A DNA stretch of 64,000 nucleotides from an uncultured Bacteroidia bacterium (GCA_943787465.1 CALSMN010000008.1:84-64083); one strand, 5' to 3'. Shown: positions 41,473 to 52,055, numbered from the stretch's first letter. Numbers and translations: made by a program. The notes: a model not told the origin generated them from the letters alone.

Positions 41473-42357
41473 TTATTGAACAGGGACTAATCTAAAATAC
41501 CAAGCAAGACTACTAAATGCATCTTCAGCTCTAATTAACAGTACATTTTCTTCTATTTTCACAATTTTAAATTTACGTGTTCCACAATACATGCCAATGA
41601 ATGTTTTTCCGGATAAAGTTAACGTTGTGTCATTCTCTCCCTCTTCAATTTTCCATGTTTCATCATATTGGTTAGCTAAAGGTGCCGTATAATCATTTGA
41701 ATTTTGATATCCACCAGGGTATTCACCCTCTGCTCCAGGCGATCCGTCATCATTTAAGTTGACAAATACATTTCCATTGGTGATGTGATCAAATTTAAAT
41801 CCATTGATTTTGAATATATACTGATCATCATACATACCTGTCCCAGCTTTTTCTCCAGGATTTGCAGCATAATATTCCGGGACATCTCCAAGTGCCGAAC
41901 TGGGATTAGGACCTACACCAAAATGCCCTGCATTAGCAGTGTCCATAACCCAAGCCTTGTAACCTGGGCCATTTATTCCTCCTGTTAACAACGTATATAG
42001 TGGATTACTGATTAAGGAAAGATCATCTTCGGCTATTGTTACTGTCTGAGATGTACTAGCACTTCCACCACGGTCAAAAATGGTCAAAGTGACTATATAG
42101 GTTCCAGCATAAGGATATGACCCTTGAGCATTTACTCCTTCACCTTTTGTTCCGTTGCCAAAATCCCATTTAGCATTGATATTTGGATTTTGAGCAGTAA
42201 AGCTGATGATATTGGGTGTGTTAGTACTGGCCTCATAATAAAATGCTGCATCAACTTCTGAAGGAGCAGGACCTAGAGTTGGTCTCTCCTCAGAACAGCT
42301 AATCAATCCTAGTAAAAGTCCCAATACTGTTGTGTTAAATATTATTTTCTTCATCAT
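41473..42357 (-). CDS. PKD-domain surface glycan-binding lipoprotein (SGBP-B-like)
   Basis: Lipobox LISC, PKD WDFGNG...GTYIVTLT, then KAWVM...HFGVGP...MYDDQYIF...AWYFRLVP; follows susD2. Confidence 0.8.
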   Translation of the reverse strand: MMKKIIFNTTVLGLLLGLISCSEERPTLGPAPSEVDAAFYYEASTNTPNIISFTAQNPNINAKWDFGNGTKGEGVNAQGSYPYAGTYIVTLTIFDRGGSASTSQTVTIAEDDLSLISNPLYTLLTGGINGPGYKAWVMDTANAGHFGVGPNPSSALGDVPEYYAANPGEKAGTGMYDDQYIFKINGFKFDHITNGNVFVNLNDDGSPGAEGEYPGGYQNSNDYTAPLANQYDETWKIEEGENDTTLTLSGKTFIGMYCGTRKFKIVKIEENVLLIRAEDAFSSLAWYFRLVPVQ

Positions 42358-42367
42358 ATGAATAGAT

Positions 42368-43837
42368 TTAATAGTTTTTATTTTGATTCCAATTACCTCC
42401 TGCTAAATCAATCTCAACTTGTGGAATTGGAAAAAGTTCATGTTTGCCAGTTACAAACCCGTCAATACTTTGGGCTGCTTTTCCAGTCCTTACTAGGTCA
42501 AAAAAACGATGACCTTCTCCAGACAACTCTAGTCTTCTTTCTGCCCAAATAGCTTCAGTTAATTGGTTTCCACTCGCATTAATTTCAGACATTTTAGCTC
42601 TTTTTCTCACTTGATTCAGATAGTTGGTGGCTTTTGCATCATCGGGAGATGTCGCTCTATTATGTGCTTCAGCAGCCATTAGTAAAACGTCAGCGTAGCG
42701 AATTACATGATAATTTACGGGACTTGTTAAGTCATTGTCGGGTAATCCAATCTCTGCCTTCTTTTTTATATACTTATTATTATAATACCCTGTATGTCCT
42801 CCGCCACCTTCGGCATATTTTACTGAGGGATTAGCATTTTTGAAAGCCTCAATATCTAATATAGATGCATCTCTCCTGAGATCGGATGGATTAAAAGCAT
42901 CATATAAATTTTGGGTTGGTAAATTATAACTGTTTCCATCACCATAAGTCGGTCCCTCAAATTGTCGTATACCTTGGAATCCAGGGGCAGCATTGCCTTC
43001 TAAGCAAATCAGGCAGTCATATCCACCACCCTCTGCTCCTGTATATTGTATATCAAATACGGTCTCTGTATGGCCTTCATTTGCAACTGTAAATAAGTCG
43101 GTATATTTATCAATTAACATGTATTCATTTTGATCAATTATTTGATCAAAGGTCATAGCTGCTGCATCAAATTTATTCTGATATAGATATGCTTTACCTA
43201 GTAAAGCTAAACAGGCGCCTTTGGTTATTCTTCCTTTGGTAGGATTTTTCCAGTCTAAAATTGAAGCGGCATATATAAGGTCTTTTTCTATTTGAGCATA
43301 TACTTCAGATTTGGGTGTACGGTCAATTTTTGTTACCTCATCAGCACCAATTCTCTTGTCTATAACTAAGGGAACATCTCCAAAATATTTCACTAATTCA
43401 AAATAGTAATAGGCTCTTAGAAATCTAGCTTGAGCTATAATTTTATCTTTTCCTTCAAAATCAATATTGTCTTTAAATTCCAATAAATAGTTTGCCCTAG
43501 TTATTCCTGAATAATTCCATCTGAAAATACTTCTTAATTCATTATTAACAGCATCATGGTTCATATTATCTATTTCGTGAAGTCCTTCTGTATCATTGAC
43601 ACTTTCTCCACCTGCAATAGAATTATCAGATGCAATTTCTCCTACCCACACTGTCATGAAAGAAGACTGGAGTAAATCATAGGCTCCAGTAAGTGCTCGA
43701 TCGTAATCAAGCGGAGTTAGAAAGTAATTTTCAGCATCTTGTGTGTATAATGGATCTATATCAAGAAATTTTTTACAACTAAAAATTGATGGGAAGATGA
43801 AAATTAATATAAAGAGTGATGTTATTTTTTTTGTCAT
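42368..43837 (-). CDS. RagB/SusD family glycan-binding lipoprotein (SusD2)
   Basis: Lipobox IFSC, ARFLRAYYYFELV, GRITKGA, IRYADVLLMAAE, ERRLELSGEGHRFFDLVR, QNKNY. Confidence 0.95.
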   Translation of the reverse strand: MTKKITSLFILIFIFPSIFSCKKFLDIDPLYTQDAENYFLTPLDYDRALTGAYDLLQSSFMTVWVGEIASDNSIAGGESVNDTEGLHEIDNMNHDAVNNELRSIFRWNYSGITRANYLLEFKDNIDFEGKDKIIAQARFLRAYYYFELVKYFGDVPLVIDKRIGADEVTKIDRTPKSEVYAQIEKDLIYAASILDWKNPTKGRITKGACLALLGKAYLYQNKFDAAAMTFDQIIDQNEYMLIDKYTDLFTVANEGHTETVFDIQYTGAEGGGYDCLICLEGNAAPGFQGIRQFEGPTYGDGNSYNLPTQNLYDAFNPSDLRRDASILDIEAFKNANPSVKYAEGGGGHTGYYNNKYIKKKAEIGLPDNDLTSPVNYHVIRYADVLLMAAEAHNRATSPDDAKATNYLNQVRKRAKMSEINASGNQLTEAIWAERRLELSGEGHRFFDLVRTGKAAQSIDGFVTGKHELFPIPQVEIDLAGGNWNQNKNY

Positions 43838-43849
43838 GAATATCTTGAA

Positions 43850-46800
43850 TTAAAATTTAAGAGAAATACCTGCCATTATTGTTCTAGCTTGAGGGTAGAA
43901 TCCATAATCGATTCCTGATGCAAGAGCTCCACCTACAGAGCCAATATCTGGATCGAATCCTTGGTATTTGGTCAGGGTTAATAGATTATTGGCTGCGATA
44001 TATATCCTTGCAGAACTTATACTAACGTGTTGAGTTATTTTTGGATTTAAGGTATATCCTAATTGTATGTTTTTAAGTCTTAAAAATGATCCATCTTCTA
44101 CATAAAAATCAGAGAAAATAGTGTTTTTGTTAGCTCCAGTTGTAATTCTGGGATTAATATTTGTAGAATTTGTTCCTGTCCATCGGTCAATATTATATGC
44201 GAGTTGGTTAGCATACGGCTGTTGACGTTCATAATTTCGAATAATATCTTGGCCTAAGGCAGCAAATAAGTTTGCTGAAAAATCAAAACCTTCATAGCTA
44301 ATATTAATATTATAACCCAGAGTAACTTTAGGTATTGGGGTGCCTAACATGGTTTTATCGGAGTTGTCATTAAAGCTAATGATTCCGTCACCATTTTGAT
44401 CTATAAAACGTAGATCTCCAGGCACAGCTCCATCTTGTTTTACAGGTGAATTATCAATTTCTTCTTGAGATTGGAAAATTCCGTCTGTTTGGTAACCTAT
44501 AAAGTAACCAATTGGAAATCCTTTTTCAAATCGTGTAGCAACACCGCCGCCAATTCCAAACGCAGCACCCGGAATGAATTCTATTCCCTCAGGAATTTTC
44601 ACCACTTCGTTTTTGATCCATGTGCCATTGATGCCAGTACTTATATTTATTTTTTTACGAATTTTAGTGGAATACATGAGTTCAATTTCAACCCCTTTAT
44701 TAGAAACATCCCCGGCATTTATGATAGGGGGATAACTGCCTGCACCTGCAGTACCAAGAACTCCAGAAACGTCTGGTTGAAATAATAAATCTTTAGTATT
44801 TTTTATAAAGTAATTTAAAGTTAAATCAAATGAATGAAAAATTTTCATATCAGCACCTACATTGAATTGTCGAGTAGTCTCCCATTTAAGGTCAGGATTA
44901 CCTGCTCTACCAATAGCAACTCCTTGTGTAATAATGTCATTAAAAACATAGACGCCCTCTCCATTAAGTAGACCTCTGTATGCAAAATTAGGAATCTGAT
45001 CGTTTCCACTAATTCCATAACTTAATCGTAATTTAAGGAATTTGATACGATCAATATCATAGAAATCTTCTTCAGAAAGTAACCATGATCCAGATAAGGT
45101 AGGGAAGATACCAAATCTATTATTGGGACCAAACTTTGACGAGCCATCTCGTCGAACGATTAATGACCCATTATATTTTGAACCCATACTATATTGAGCT
45201 CTCAAAAAACCAGAGACTAATCTTTCCTGAAATTGAAACGAATTAGTATTATTTAAAAATCCACCTTCAGCTAAATTAGCTGAGATGTCAGCATAATCAA
45301 TGGAATTATTAGGAATATTGTACGCAGTACCTCCTAATCCTTTGCCATTTCTACTAAATATGGATACACCAGCAGTAGTTTTAATGGTGTGTATTTTTTT
45401 GAATTGAAATGAGTGGTTAATGAAACTTTCAAAGTTTATATCACTGTAAGTTGATCTACCTTCATAGACACTCGCTCCACGATCAATCAATATCCCAGGA
45501 GCAATTTCCACTTGTGTAGGATCTAGTTGTTCGTTCAATGCTGTATTCTGAGATTTACCAGGTCCGTACCAAGTAAGCGGTGAGAAAACTTTGTTATCAA
45601 CTAAGGCGTAATTATAGTTGAATCGATTAGTGAAGGTTAGGTTTTTAGTGATATCAAATGCTATTTCTTCTTTCCCAACAAATTTATCTACCCATGCAGT
45701 ATTGTACGTGTTTTGCATTTGTGCTACAGGATTAATGATATCACTCACTTCTTCTAAATAAGAGAAATTGTTATTTTCATCACGTATTGGCTCAGTTGGA
45801 AATGCATTAATGGTATTGTAGAGTACTGAACCTATTCCATTCTCCGGAAGAGCATTCCTCTCTTCGTTGGTATATAGAAATACACTAGATAACCTCATCC
45901 GTTGACTCATTTCCGTGTTAAGATTGACACGTGCATTAAATCGAGTAAAATTTGATTTGTCAAGACCAACAATTCCATCTTGTGAATAGTAGCTCCCTCC
46001 GACGGAATAGGTAGTTTTTTCTGTACCCCCAGATACAGTAATATTATAATTCTGGACAATTGCATTTTGAAAAATAGCATCTTGCCAATCAGTACCTGTG
46101 CCAAGGTTGGTATTCTGAAAAGGAACATCTAGACCACCATTGGCATGCATTTCATTTTTAAGAACAGCATATTCTCGAGCATTGAGAAGATCAAGTTTCT
46201 TGGTAGCTTGTTGCATGCCCGTATACGCACTCAGTTCAATTCTAGGTTTAACATTTCTTCGTCCTTTTTTTGTTTCTATAAGAATCACACCATTAGCTGC
46301 CCTTACACCATAAATACCTGCTGTTGCATCCTTAAGAACGTTTATAGATTCAATATCATTGGGGTTAAGCGCATTTAAACCCTCAGAATCATACACGACT
46401 CCATCAACCAATATGAGGGGGTCATTATCACCAAAAGTTGAAAGTCCTCGAATGCGTATACTGGATGATCCTCCGGGTGATCCAGAGTTAGTACTAATAT
46501 TCACACCAGAAATTTGACCTTGCAATGCTTGATCAATTCTAGGAATATTTAATTTTTGAAGTTCTTCTCCTATTAAATTGGCATTTGCCCCAGTAAATTC
46601 TTTTTTGGTAGAGGTTCCATAACCCACGACCATTACCTGATTGAGATTATTTGAAATTTCTGAGAGTATAATGTTTACCGTGGATCTTCCATTTACTTTA
46701 ATTTGTTTGGTTTTGTAACCAGAGTAGGATGTTACCAATATGGCATTTGACAAATCGATGTTAGCTATTTTGTAAAAGCCATTTTCATCAGATATACTGC

Positions 46801-46948
46801 CCATGTTAGTCCCTTTAACAACGACAGCGGCTCCGATTATTTTTTCACCAAGACTGTCAGATAATGTACCTGAAACAGTGCCATTTTGTCCAAAGGATGC
46901 TATTAAATAAAATAAGGATATGAAAACAAGTAAACTTCTTTTTATCAT
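43850..46948 (-). CDS. SusC/RagA TonB-dependent transporter (SusC2)
   Basis: VVGYG, VLKDATAGIYGVRAANGVILIETK, RRDGSSKFG, NPDLKWE, C-terminal F. Confidence 0.96.
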   Translation of the reverse strand: MIKRSLLVFISLFYLIASFGQNGTVSGTLSDSLGEKIIGAAVVVKGTNMGSISDENGFYKIANIDLSNAILVTSYSGYKTKQIKVNGRSTVNIILSEISNNLNQVMVVGYGTSTKKEFTGANANLIGEELQKLNIPRIDQALQGQISGVNISTNSGSPGGSSSIRIRGLSTFGDNDPLILVDGVVYDSEGLNALNPNDIESINVLKDATAGIYGVRAANGVILIETKKGRRNVKPRIELSAYTGMQQATKKLDLLNAREYAVLKNEMHANGGLDVPFQNTNLGTGTDWQDAIFQNAIVQNYNITVSGGTEKTTYSVGGSYYSQDGIVGLDKSNFTRFNARVNLNTEMSQRMRLSSVFLYTNEERNALPENGIGSVLYNTINAFPTEPIRDENNNFSYLEEVSDIINPVAQMQNTYNTAWVDKFVGKEEIAFDITKNLTFTNRFNYNYALVDNKVFSPLTWYGPGKSQNTALNEQLDPTQVEIAPGILIDRGASVYEGRSTYSDINFESFINHSFQFKKIHTIKTTAGVSIFSRNGKGLGGTAYNIPNNSIDYADISANLAEGGFLNNTNSFQFQERLVSGFLRAQYSMGSKYNGSLIVRRDGSSKFGPNNRFGIFPTLSGSWLLSEEDFYDIDRIKFLKLRLSYGISGNDQIPNFAYRGLLNGEGVYVFNDIITQGVAIGRAGNPDLKWETTRQFNVGADMKIFHSFDLTLNYFIKNTKDLLFQPDVSGVLGTAGAGSYPPIINAGDVSNKGVEIELMYSTKIRKKINISTGINGTWIKNEVVKIPEGIEFIPGAAFGIGGGVATRFEKGFPIGYFIGYQTDGIFQSQEEIDNSPVKQDGAVPGDLRFIDQNGDGIISFNDNSDKTMLGTPIPKVTLGYNINISYEGFDFSANLFAALGQDIIRNYERQQPYANQLAYNIDRWTGTNSTNINPRITTGANKNTIFSDFYVEDGSFLRLKNIQLGYTLNPKITQHVSISSARIYIAANNLLTLTKYQGFDPDIGSVGGALASGIDYGFYPQARTIMAGISLKF

Positions 46949-46969
46949 ATTATAGTATGTTTTGAATTA

Positions 46970-47010
46970 CGAATATATACAATACTTATGGTCAAAAAAA
47001 CTATAAGTAT
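46970..47010 (-). promoter_or_regulatory. susC2 promoter (-7-like TATATTCG) with adjacent NrtR-type operator
   Basis: ATACTTATGGT-CAAAAAA-ACTATAAGTAT at 46982-47010: 10/11 inverted-repeat arms, GT-N7-AC core, same ACTATAAGT half-site as the 35662 site. Confidence 0.75.
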
Positions 47011-47076
47011 ACTTTGTTAGTTTGATAAAGCATAGATATATAGTATGCTTAGATTTATTAGTAGAGGTGCAAGCTG

Positions 47077-47952
47077 CTAACTAATTCCATCACGCTCTAT
47101 TGCTTTATCAATTTTAAGTATCATGCCTTGGAGTGCTTTTCCTGGGCCTATTTCAGTAAATTTAATTGCCCCATTTTTAATCATATTTTGAATGGATTGA
47201 GTCCATTTTACAGGTGCAGTTAACTGAGCTATCAAATTCTTTTTTATTTGTAAAGGATCAATTTCAGCTAGTGTACTTACATTTTGAAATATGGGACAAC
47301 TAGGAGTGTTAAAAATAGTATTCTCAATTGCTAAAGCTAATTTTTCTCGTGCAGGCTCCATGAGAGGAGAATGAAATGCTCCACTCACTGGAAGTTTCAT
47401 AGCTCTTCTTGCTCCTTTTGAAGTTAGAATTTCGCAAGCTTTATCAATACCTGAGATTGTGCCAGATATGACTAATTGTCCGGGGCAGTTATAATTAGCA
47501 GCTACTACAATTTCGTCAATAGAATCGCATACTTGCTCGACAGTACTATCGTCAAGACCAATGATAGCTGCCATAGTACTTGGGGTGATCTCGCATGCTT
47601 TCTGCATCGCTTCTGCTCTTATAGCCACGAGTTTCAATCCATCATCAAAATTGAGGCAATGATTAGCAACTAATGCAGATAATTCACCTAAACTATGACC
47701 AGCAACCATATCTGGATTAAATTGAGGTAGTGTTTTTGCCAATATCACTGAATGGAGAAAAACAGCAGGTTGTGTAATTTTAGTCTGTTTGAGTTCTTCA
47801 TCGGTACCCTCAAACATGGTTTTTGTGATTTCAAATCCTAAGATTTCATTGGCTTTTTCAAAAAGAGCTTTTGCTTCACTGTTGGTGTTGTATAGCTCTC
47901 GACCCATGCCTATATATTGAGCACCCTGACCGGGAAAGATAAATGCGTTCAT
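47077..47952 (-). CDS. fabD: Malonyl-CoA:ACP transacylase
   Basis: FPGQGAQ, TQPA, GHSLGE, ANYNCPGQLVISG, GAFHS. Confidence 0.97.
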   Translation of the reverse strand: MNAFIFPGQGAQYIGMGRELYNTNSEAKALFEKANEILGFEITKTMFEGTDEELKQTKITQPAVFLHSVILAKTLPQFNPDMVAGHSLGELSALVANHCLNFDDGLKLVAIRAEAMQKACEITPSTMAAIIGLDDSTVEQVCDSIDEIVVAANYNCPGQLVISGTISGIDKACEILTSKGARRAMKLPVSGAFHSPLMEPAREKLALAIENTIFNTPSCPIFQNVSTLAEIDPLQIKKNLIAQLTAPVKWTQSIQNMIKNGAIKFTEIGPGKALQGMILKIDKAIERDGIS

Positions 47953-47953
47953 G

Positions 47954-49219
47954 TTATTTTTTAATCGTTTGATCTCTTCCTGGTCCTACAGAAATGATTC
48001 GAATAGGGGTAGAGATATGTTGTTCTACAGCTTGAATATAATTTTGGAATGTTTCGGGTAAATCACGATGATTTTTTATTTGTGAAATATCTTCTTTCCA
48101 TCCTGGATGAGATTCATATTGTGATCTAAAATTATCAACGTTTAAGTCAAAAGGTACTTCATTAGTTTGCATTAAGTCTCCTTTGTAGCTGGTCCCCACT
48201 AGAACCTCTTCAAAACCACTTAAACAGTCAGCTTTCATCATACAAAGCTCATCAACTCCACTCAACATGATGGCGTATTTTAAAGCAACGATATCTAGCC
48301 ATCCAGTTCTTCGAGGCCTTCCTGTTGTTGCACCATATTCATTACCGACATCCCTAATACGTTGCCCTATTTCATTATCTAATTCAGATGGAAATGGTCC
48401 ACTTCCAACCCGTGTACAGTATGCTTTGAAAATACCAATCACTTTATGGATATGCTTGGGTGCTATTCCTAAACCAGTAGAAACACCACCAACGGTTGTA
48501 TTGCTTGAGGTGACAAAAGGATAGGAACCGAAATCAATATCTAACATACTCCCTTGAGCACCTTCAGCTAGAATATTATGATTGTCTGTAATGTGTTGAT
48601 TGATAAGGTACTCGCTATTAACAAACTGAAATTTTCTCAACCTTTCGACAGAAGTGAAAAATTCTTCTTCCATCGCTTCTAAATTAAAGTCGGTGAAGCC
48701 AAATTGCTCAACTAACTGAAGGGATCTTTTCTTTTTCTCATGATAATTTTGTTCAAAATTGGGTGCAAATATTTCCCCAATTCGTAGGCCACCTCTACCA
48801 ATTTTTTCTCTGTATGTTGGTCCAATTCCTCTGAGGGTACTTCCTATTTTTTTGTCCCCCTTACTCCATTCACTAGCAGCATCGAGTATTTTATGAGTAG
48901 GCATGATGATGTGAGCCTTGTATGAAATTCTCAAATTGTGCATCACATTGGCACCAGCAGCAACGGTTCTGTCAATTTCAGCCATAAATAATACGGGGTC
49001 AATCACTACCCCATTGCCAATGATATTCACGCAATTTTCGTGAAAAATACCTGAGGGTATGGTGTTGAGAACATGCTTTATTCCATTAAATTCTAAAGAA
49101 TGCCCTGCATTTGGCCCTCCTTGAAAACGAGCAACTACATCATACTTAGGTGTTAGATAATCTGCAATTTTACCTTTTCCCTCGTCACCCCACTGGAGTC
49201 CTAATAATACATCTACCAT
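47954..49219 (-). CDS. purA: Adenylosuccinate synthetase
   Basis: QWGDEGKGK, GGPNAGH, EGAQG, EYGATTGRPRR. Confidence 0.98.
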   Translation of the reverse strand: MVDVLLGLQWGDEGKGKIADYLTPKYDVVARFQGGPNAGHSLEFNGIKHVLNTIPSGIFHENCVNIIGNGVVIDPVLFMAEIDRTVAAGANVMHNLRISYKAHIIMPTHKILDAASEWSKGDKKIGSTLRGIGPTYREKIGRGGLRIGEIFAPNFEQNYHEKKKRSLQLVEQFGFTDFNLEAMEEEFFTSVERLRKFQFVNSEYLINQHITDNHNILAEGAQGSMLDIDFGSYPFVTSSNTTVGGVSTGLGIAPKHIHKVIGIFKAYCTRVGSGPFPSELDNEIGQRIRDVGNEYGATTGRPRRTGWLDIVALKYAIMLSGVDELCMMKADCLSGFEEVLVGTSYKGDLMQTNEVPFDLNVDNFRSQYESHPGWKEDISQIKNHRDLPETFQNYIQAVEQHISTPIRIISVGPGRDQTIKK

Positions 49220-49717
49220 TTATTTTTTTTCTACTATTTTAACTTGATTGTCACAGTTTTTACATAGTCCTAGCTCATCTACTTGTGGATCACCAAAAAG
49301 ATTAAGTGAATGTCTTGAAACTTCAAAATTGAGCAATTCACCCATTTTAGATGTTATTTGTTGGATTCTAGGATCGCAAAATTCCATCACTTTACCACAA
49401 GTGTTGCATATGATATGGTCATGTTGTTTATAGCCATACGCTTGCTCAAATTGAGCCATGTTTTGCCCAAATTGATGTTTAATTACTAAGCCACATTCTT
49501 GAAGTAAGTCTAATGTATTATATACAGTAGCTCTGCTCACATGGTAATTTCTATTCTTCATTTGAATATATAGAGTGTCCACATCAAAGTGTTTTTTGTT
49601 GCTGTATATTTCATCCAATATAGCATAGCGCTCTGGAGTTCTTCTTTGACCTTTTTTTTCTAGATATTTTGTAAATAGGCGCTCTACGTCCTCTTTTATT
49701 ATGTTGTTATCTTCCAT
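49220..49717 (-). CDS. fur: Fur-family transcriptional repressor
   Basis: TPERYAIL, VSRATVYNTL, HDHIICNTC; rel-fur-purA order. Confidence 0.88.
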   Translation of the reverse strand: MEDNNIIKEDVERLFTKYLEKKGQRRTPERYAILDEIYSNKKHFDVDTLYIQMKNRNYHVSRATVYNTLDLLQECGLVIKHQFGQNMAQFEQAYGYKQHDHIICNTCGKVMEFCDPRIQQITSKMGELLNFEVSRHSLNLFGDPQVDELGLCKNCDNQVKIVEKK

Positions 49718-49726
49718 CTGTTCAAT

Positions 49727-51931
49727 TCATTCTAATTCTAAAGCAGCTCGGCTTACTTTTAAGTACTGATCTATGCTACTCAATTCTTTCATTAGCTGCT
49801 CTAAGTGAGCCTTGTCCGAGACAATTACTTTTAAATTACCAATAAAAGTTCCATCTAAGGATTCAAAACTGATGGATTTCATGTTTACTTTCAACTGTTT
49901 GGAAATAATGTCAGTAACTTTACTTACGAGACCTAAAGAATCAATGCCAGATATTTTTAATGTAGCCTCAAATGTTTCTTCAATATTTTCTTGATTTGCC
50001 CATCTTGCTTTAATAATCCTATATCCATATTTTGACATTAGATTTTGAGCATTTTTACAATTTGTTTGATGAATTTTTACTTCTCCACCTACAGTAATAA
50101 AACCCACCACTTGGTCTCCTGGAATAGGATTACAACAGTTAGAAAGTAAATAATCAAAATTGATGGAAGCGTCCCCGATAATTAATTCTTTTGATGATTT
50201 TATATCTGATGGAGAATTTTCTTGTCGTCGAGTTCCTGGCTTATGTTTTGACTTAGTTTCAATTAATATTTTTTGAAGTTTAATTTTTTCTTTATCTAAA
50301 GTTCCAGAACCTATTCTAAAATTTAATTCCAATTCATCTTCTAAATTAAAAAATTGAACCAACTTATTTAAATTTTGAGTATTGTACTCAAATCCAGCAT
50401 TTTTCATTTTTCGTTCCAACGCTTCTTTTCCAATGGATGCAACTATACGTTTATCATCTTTTAAGCTTTGTTTAATTTTATTTTTAGCCTTTGATGTTTT
50501 TACAAAGCTCAACCAATCTTTGTTCGGTTTTTGTTTTGCTGAAGTTAAAATTTCTATCTGATCTCCATTCTGAATTTCATAGCTCAGAGGAACTAATTTT
50601 CCATTTACTTTTGCTCCTAGACATTTTGCCCCAATTTCGGTATGAATATCAAATGCAAAATCTAATGATGTAGCTCCTTTAGGTAGTTTTTTTAACAATC
50701 CTTTGGGAGTGAAGGCAAATACTTCTTTGGCATATAAATTCATTTTAAATTCATCCAAAAAATCAAGAGCATTACTCTCTTGATTTTCAATAATTTCACG
50801 AATTTGGTTTAACCAATTATCAAGGTTTTCTGCAGTTTCTTTCGAATTTTCATTTTGTTTATATTTCCAATGAGCCGCATATCCCTTCTCCGCAATTGTA
50901 TCCATTCGGGTACTGCGAATTTGTACTTCAACCCATTGTCCTTTAGGTCCCATCACTGTGGTATGCAGACTTTCATATCCATTACTCTTGGGTATACTAA
51001 TCCAATCTCTTAGTCGTTCGGGATTTGGTTTAAAAATGCTCGTTATTATGGAATATACATTCCAGCAGTCCATTTTTTCGTCTTCAGGTTCGCTGTCAAG
51101 TGTAATTCGTATGGCAAACAAATCATAAACATCTTCAAATTCAAGTTGTTTATTGACCATTTTCGAATAGATGCTATAGATGGATTTGGGTCTTCCTTTA
51201 ATTTCGTATTTTACCCCTAATTCTTCTAACTCAACTTTTATGGGTTTGATAAATGATCGGATATATCTACTACGTTGTTCCTTTGTTGCATTTAACTTTT
51301 GCTTTAGATTCTGATAAAGCGTTGGTTGTGTATATTTAAGTGATAAATCTTCTAACTCTGTTTTGATGGCGTATAGTCCCAAACGGTGTGCTAATGGGGC
51401 ATAGATAAAATTTGTTTCAGAAGCAATTTTTAACTGACCTTTATCACTCATGTGTTCTAGCGTTCTCATATTGTGTAAGCGGTCACACAGTTTTATGAGA
51501 ATTACACGAACATCATTTGCCATGGTTAGAAGCATCTTCCTAAAATTTTCAGCTTGAGGAGAATTTGTATCATAAACTCCAGATATTTTAGTTAGACCGT
51601 CTATGATATTTGCCTCTTTTTCTCCAAATTCTTGTCTTATATCATCTAACGTTACATCAGTATCTTCTACTACGTCATGTAATAGAGCGCATACGATTGA
51701 GGTCGTGCCAAGACCAATTTCCTCAGCAGCAATTCTTGCTACTGCAATTGGATGGTATATGTATGGTTCTCCGGATTTTCTCCGCATTTGACTGTGAGCA
51801 TCTACTGCTTTTTCAAACGCTTTCCGGATAACAGTAATATCTCCTTTCTCTCTTGACCATTTTGATACACGAAGTAGCTGCCGGTATTTATTTACAATTT
51901 CTTTATTTTCTATTAGATTTTTGTTTTCCAC
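49727..51931 (-). CDS. rel: Long RelA/SpoT homolog, bifunctional (p)ppGpp synthase/hydrolase
   Basis: RKSGEPYIYHP, LHDVVED, DRLHNMRT, GRPKSIYSI, NGYESLHTTV, TGS and ACT domains. Confidence 0.96.
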   Translation of the reverse strand: MENKNLIENKEIVNKYRQLLRVSKWSREKGDITVIRKAFEKAVDAHSQMRRKSGEPYIYHPIAVARIAAEEIGLGTTSIVCALLHDVVEDTDVTLDDIRQEFGEKEANIIDGLTKISGVYDTNSPQAENFRKMLLTMANDVRVILIKLCDRLHNMRTLEHMSDKGQLKIASETNFIYAPLAHRLGLYAIKTELEDLSLKYTQPTLYQNLKQKLNATKEQRSRYIRSFIKPIKVELEELGVKYEIKGRPKSIYSIYSKMVNKQLEFEDVYDLFAIRITLDSEPEDEKMDCWNVYSIITSIFKPNPERLRDWISIPKSNGYESLHTTVMGPKGQWVEVQIRSTRMDTIAEKGYAAHWKYKQNENSKETAENLDNWLNQIREIIENQESNALDFLDEFKMNLYAKEVFAFTPKGLLKKLPKGATSLDFAFDIHTEIGAKCLGAKVNGKLVPLSYEIQNGDQIEILTSAKQKPNKDWLSFVKTSKAKNKIKQSLKDDKRIVASIGKEALERKMKNAGFEYNTQNLNKLVQFFNLEDELELNFRIGSGTLDKEKIKLQKILIETKSKHKPGTRRQENSPSDIKSSKELIIGDASINFDYLLSNCCNPIPGDQVVGFITVGGEVKIHQTNCKNAQNLMSKYGYRIIKARWANQENIEETFEATLKISGIDSLGLVSKVTDIISKQLKVNMKSISFESLDGTFIGNLKVIVSDKAHLEQLMKELSSIDQYLKVSRAALELE

Positions 51932-52018
51932 GGTTCAATTGTCTGATGCGAATTTATAGATTAAAATAGTTAATTGATGTGTGTATATCTATTGTTTTTT
52001 TTCTTGATTTAAACACCT

Positions 52019-52055
52019 AAAAAAAAGGAAGTAAATTTCTTTACTTCCTTTTTTT
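52019..52055. terminator. Bidirectional-type intrinsic terminator after the large T9SS gene
   Basis: A-run-GGAAGTAAA...TTTACTTCC-T-run. Confidence 0.8.

Noticed and set aside
47077-51931. rel-fur-purA-fabD tight operon as a novel regulatory unit
   Set aside because: rel-fur-purA linkage is a familiar Bacteroidota arrangement; nothing additional visible.
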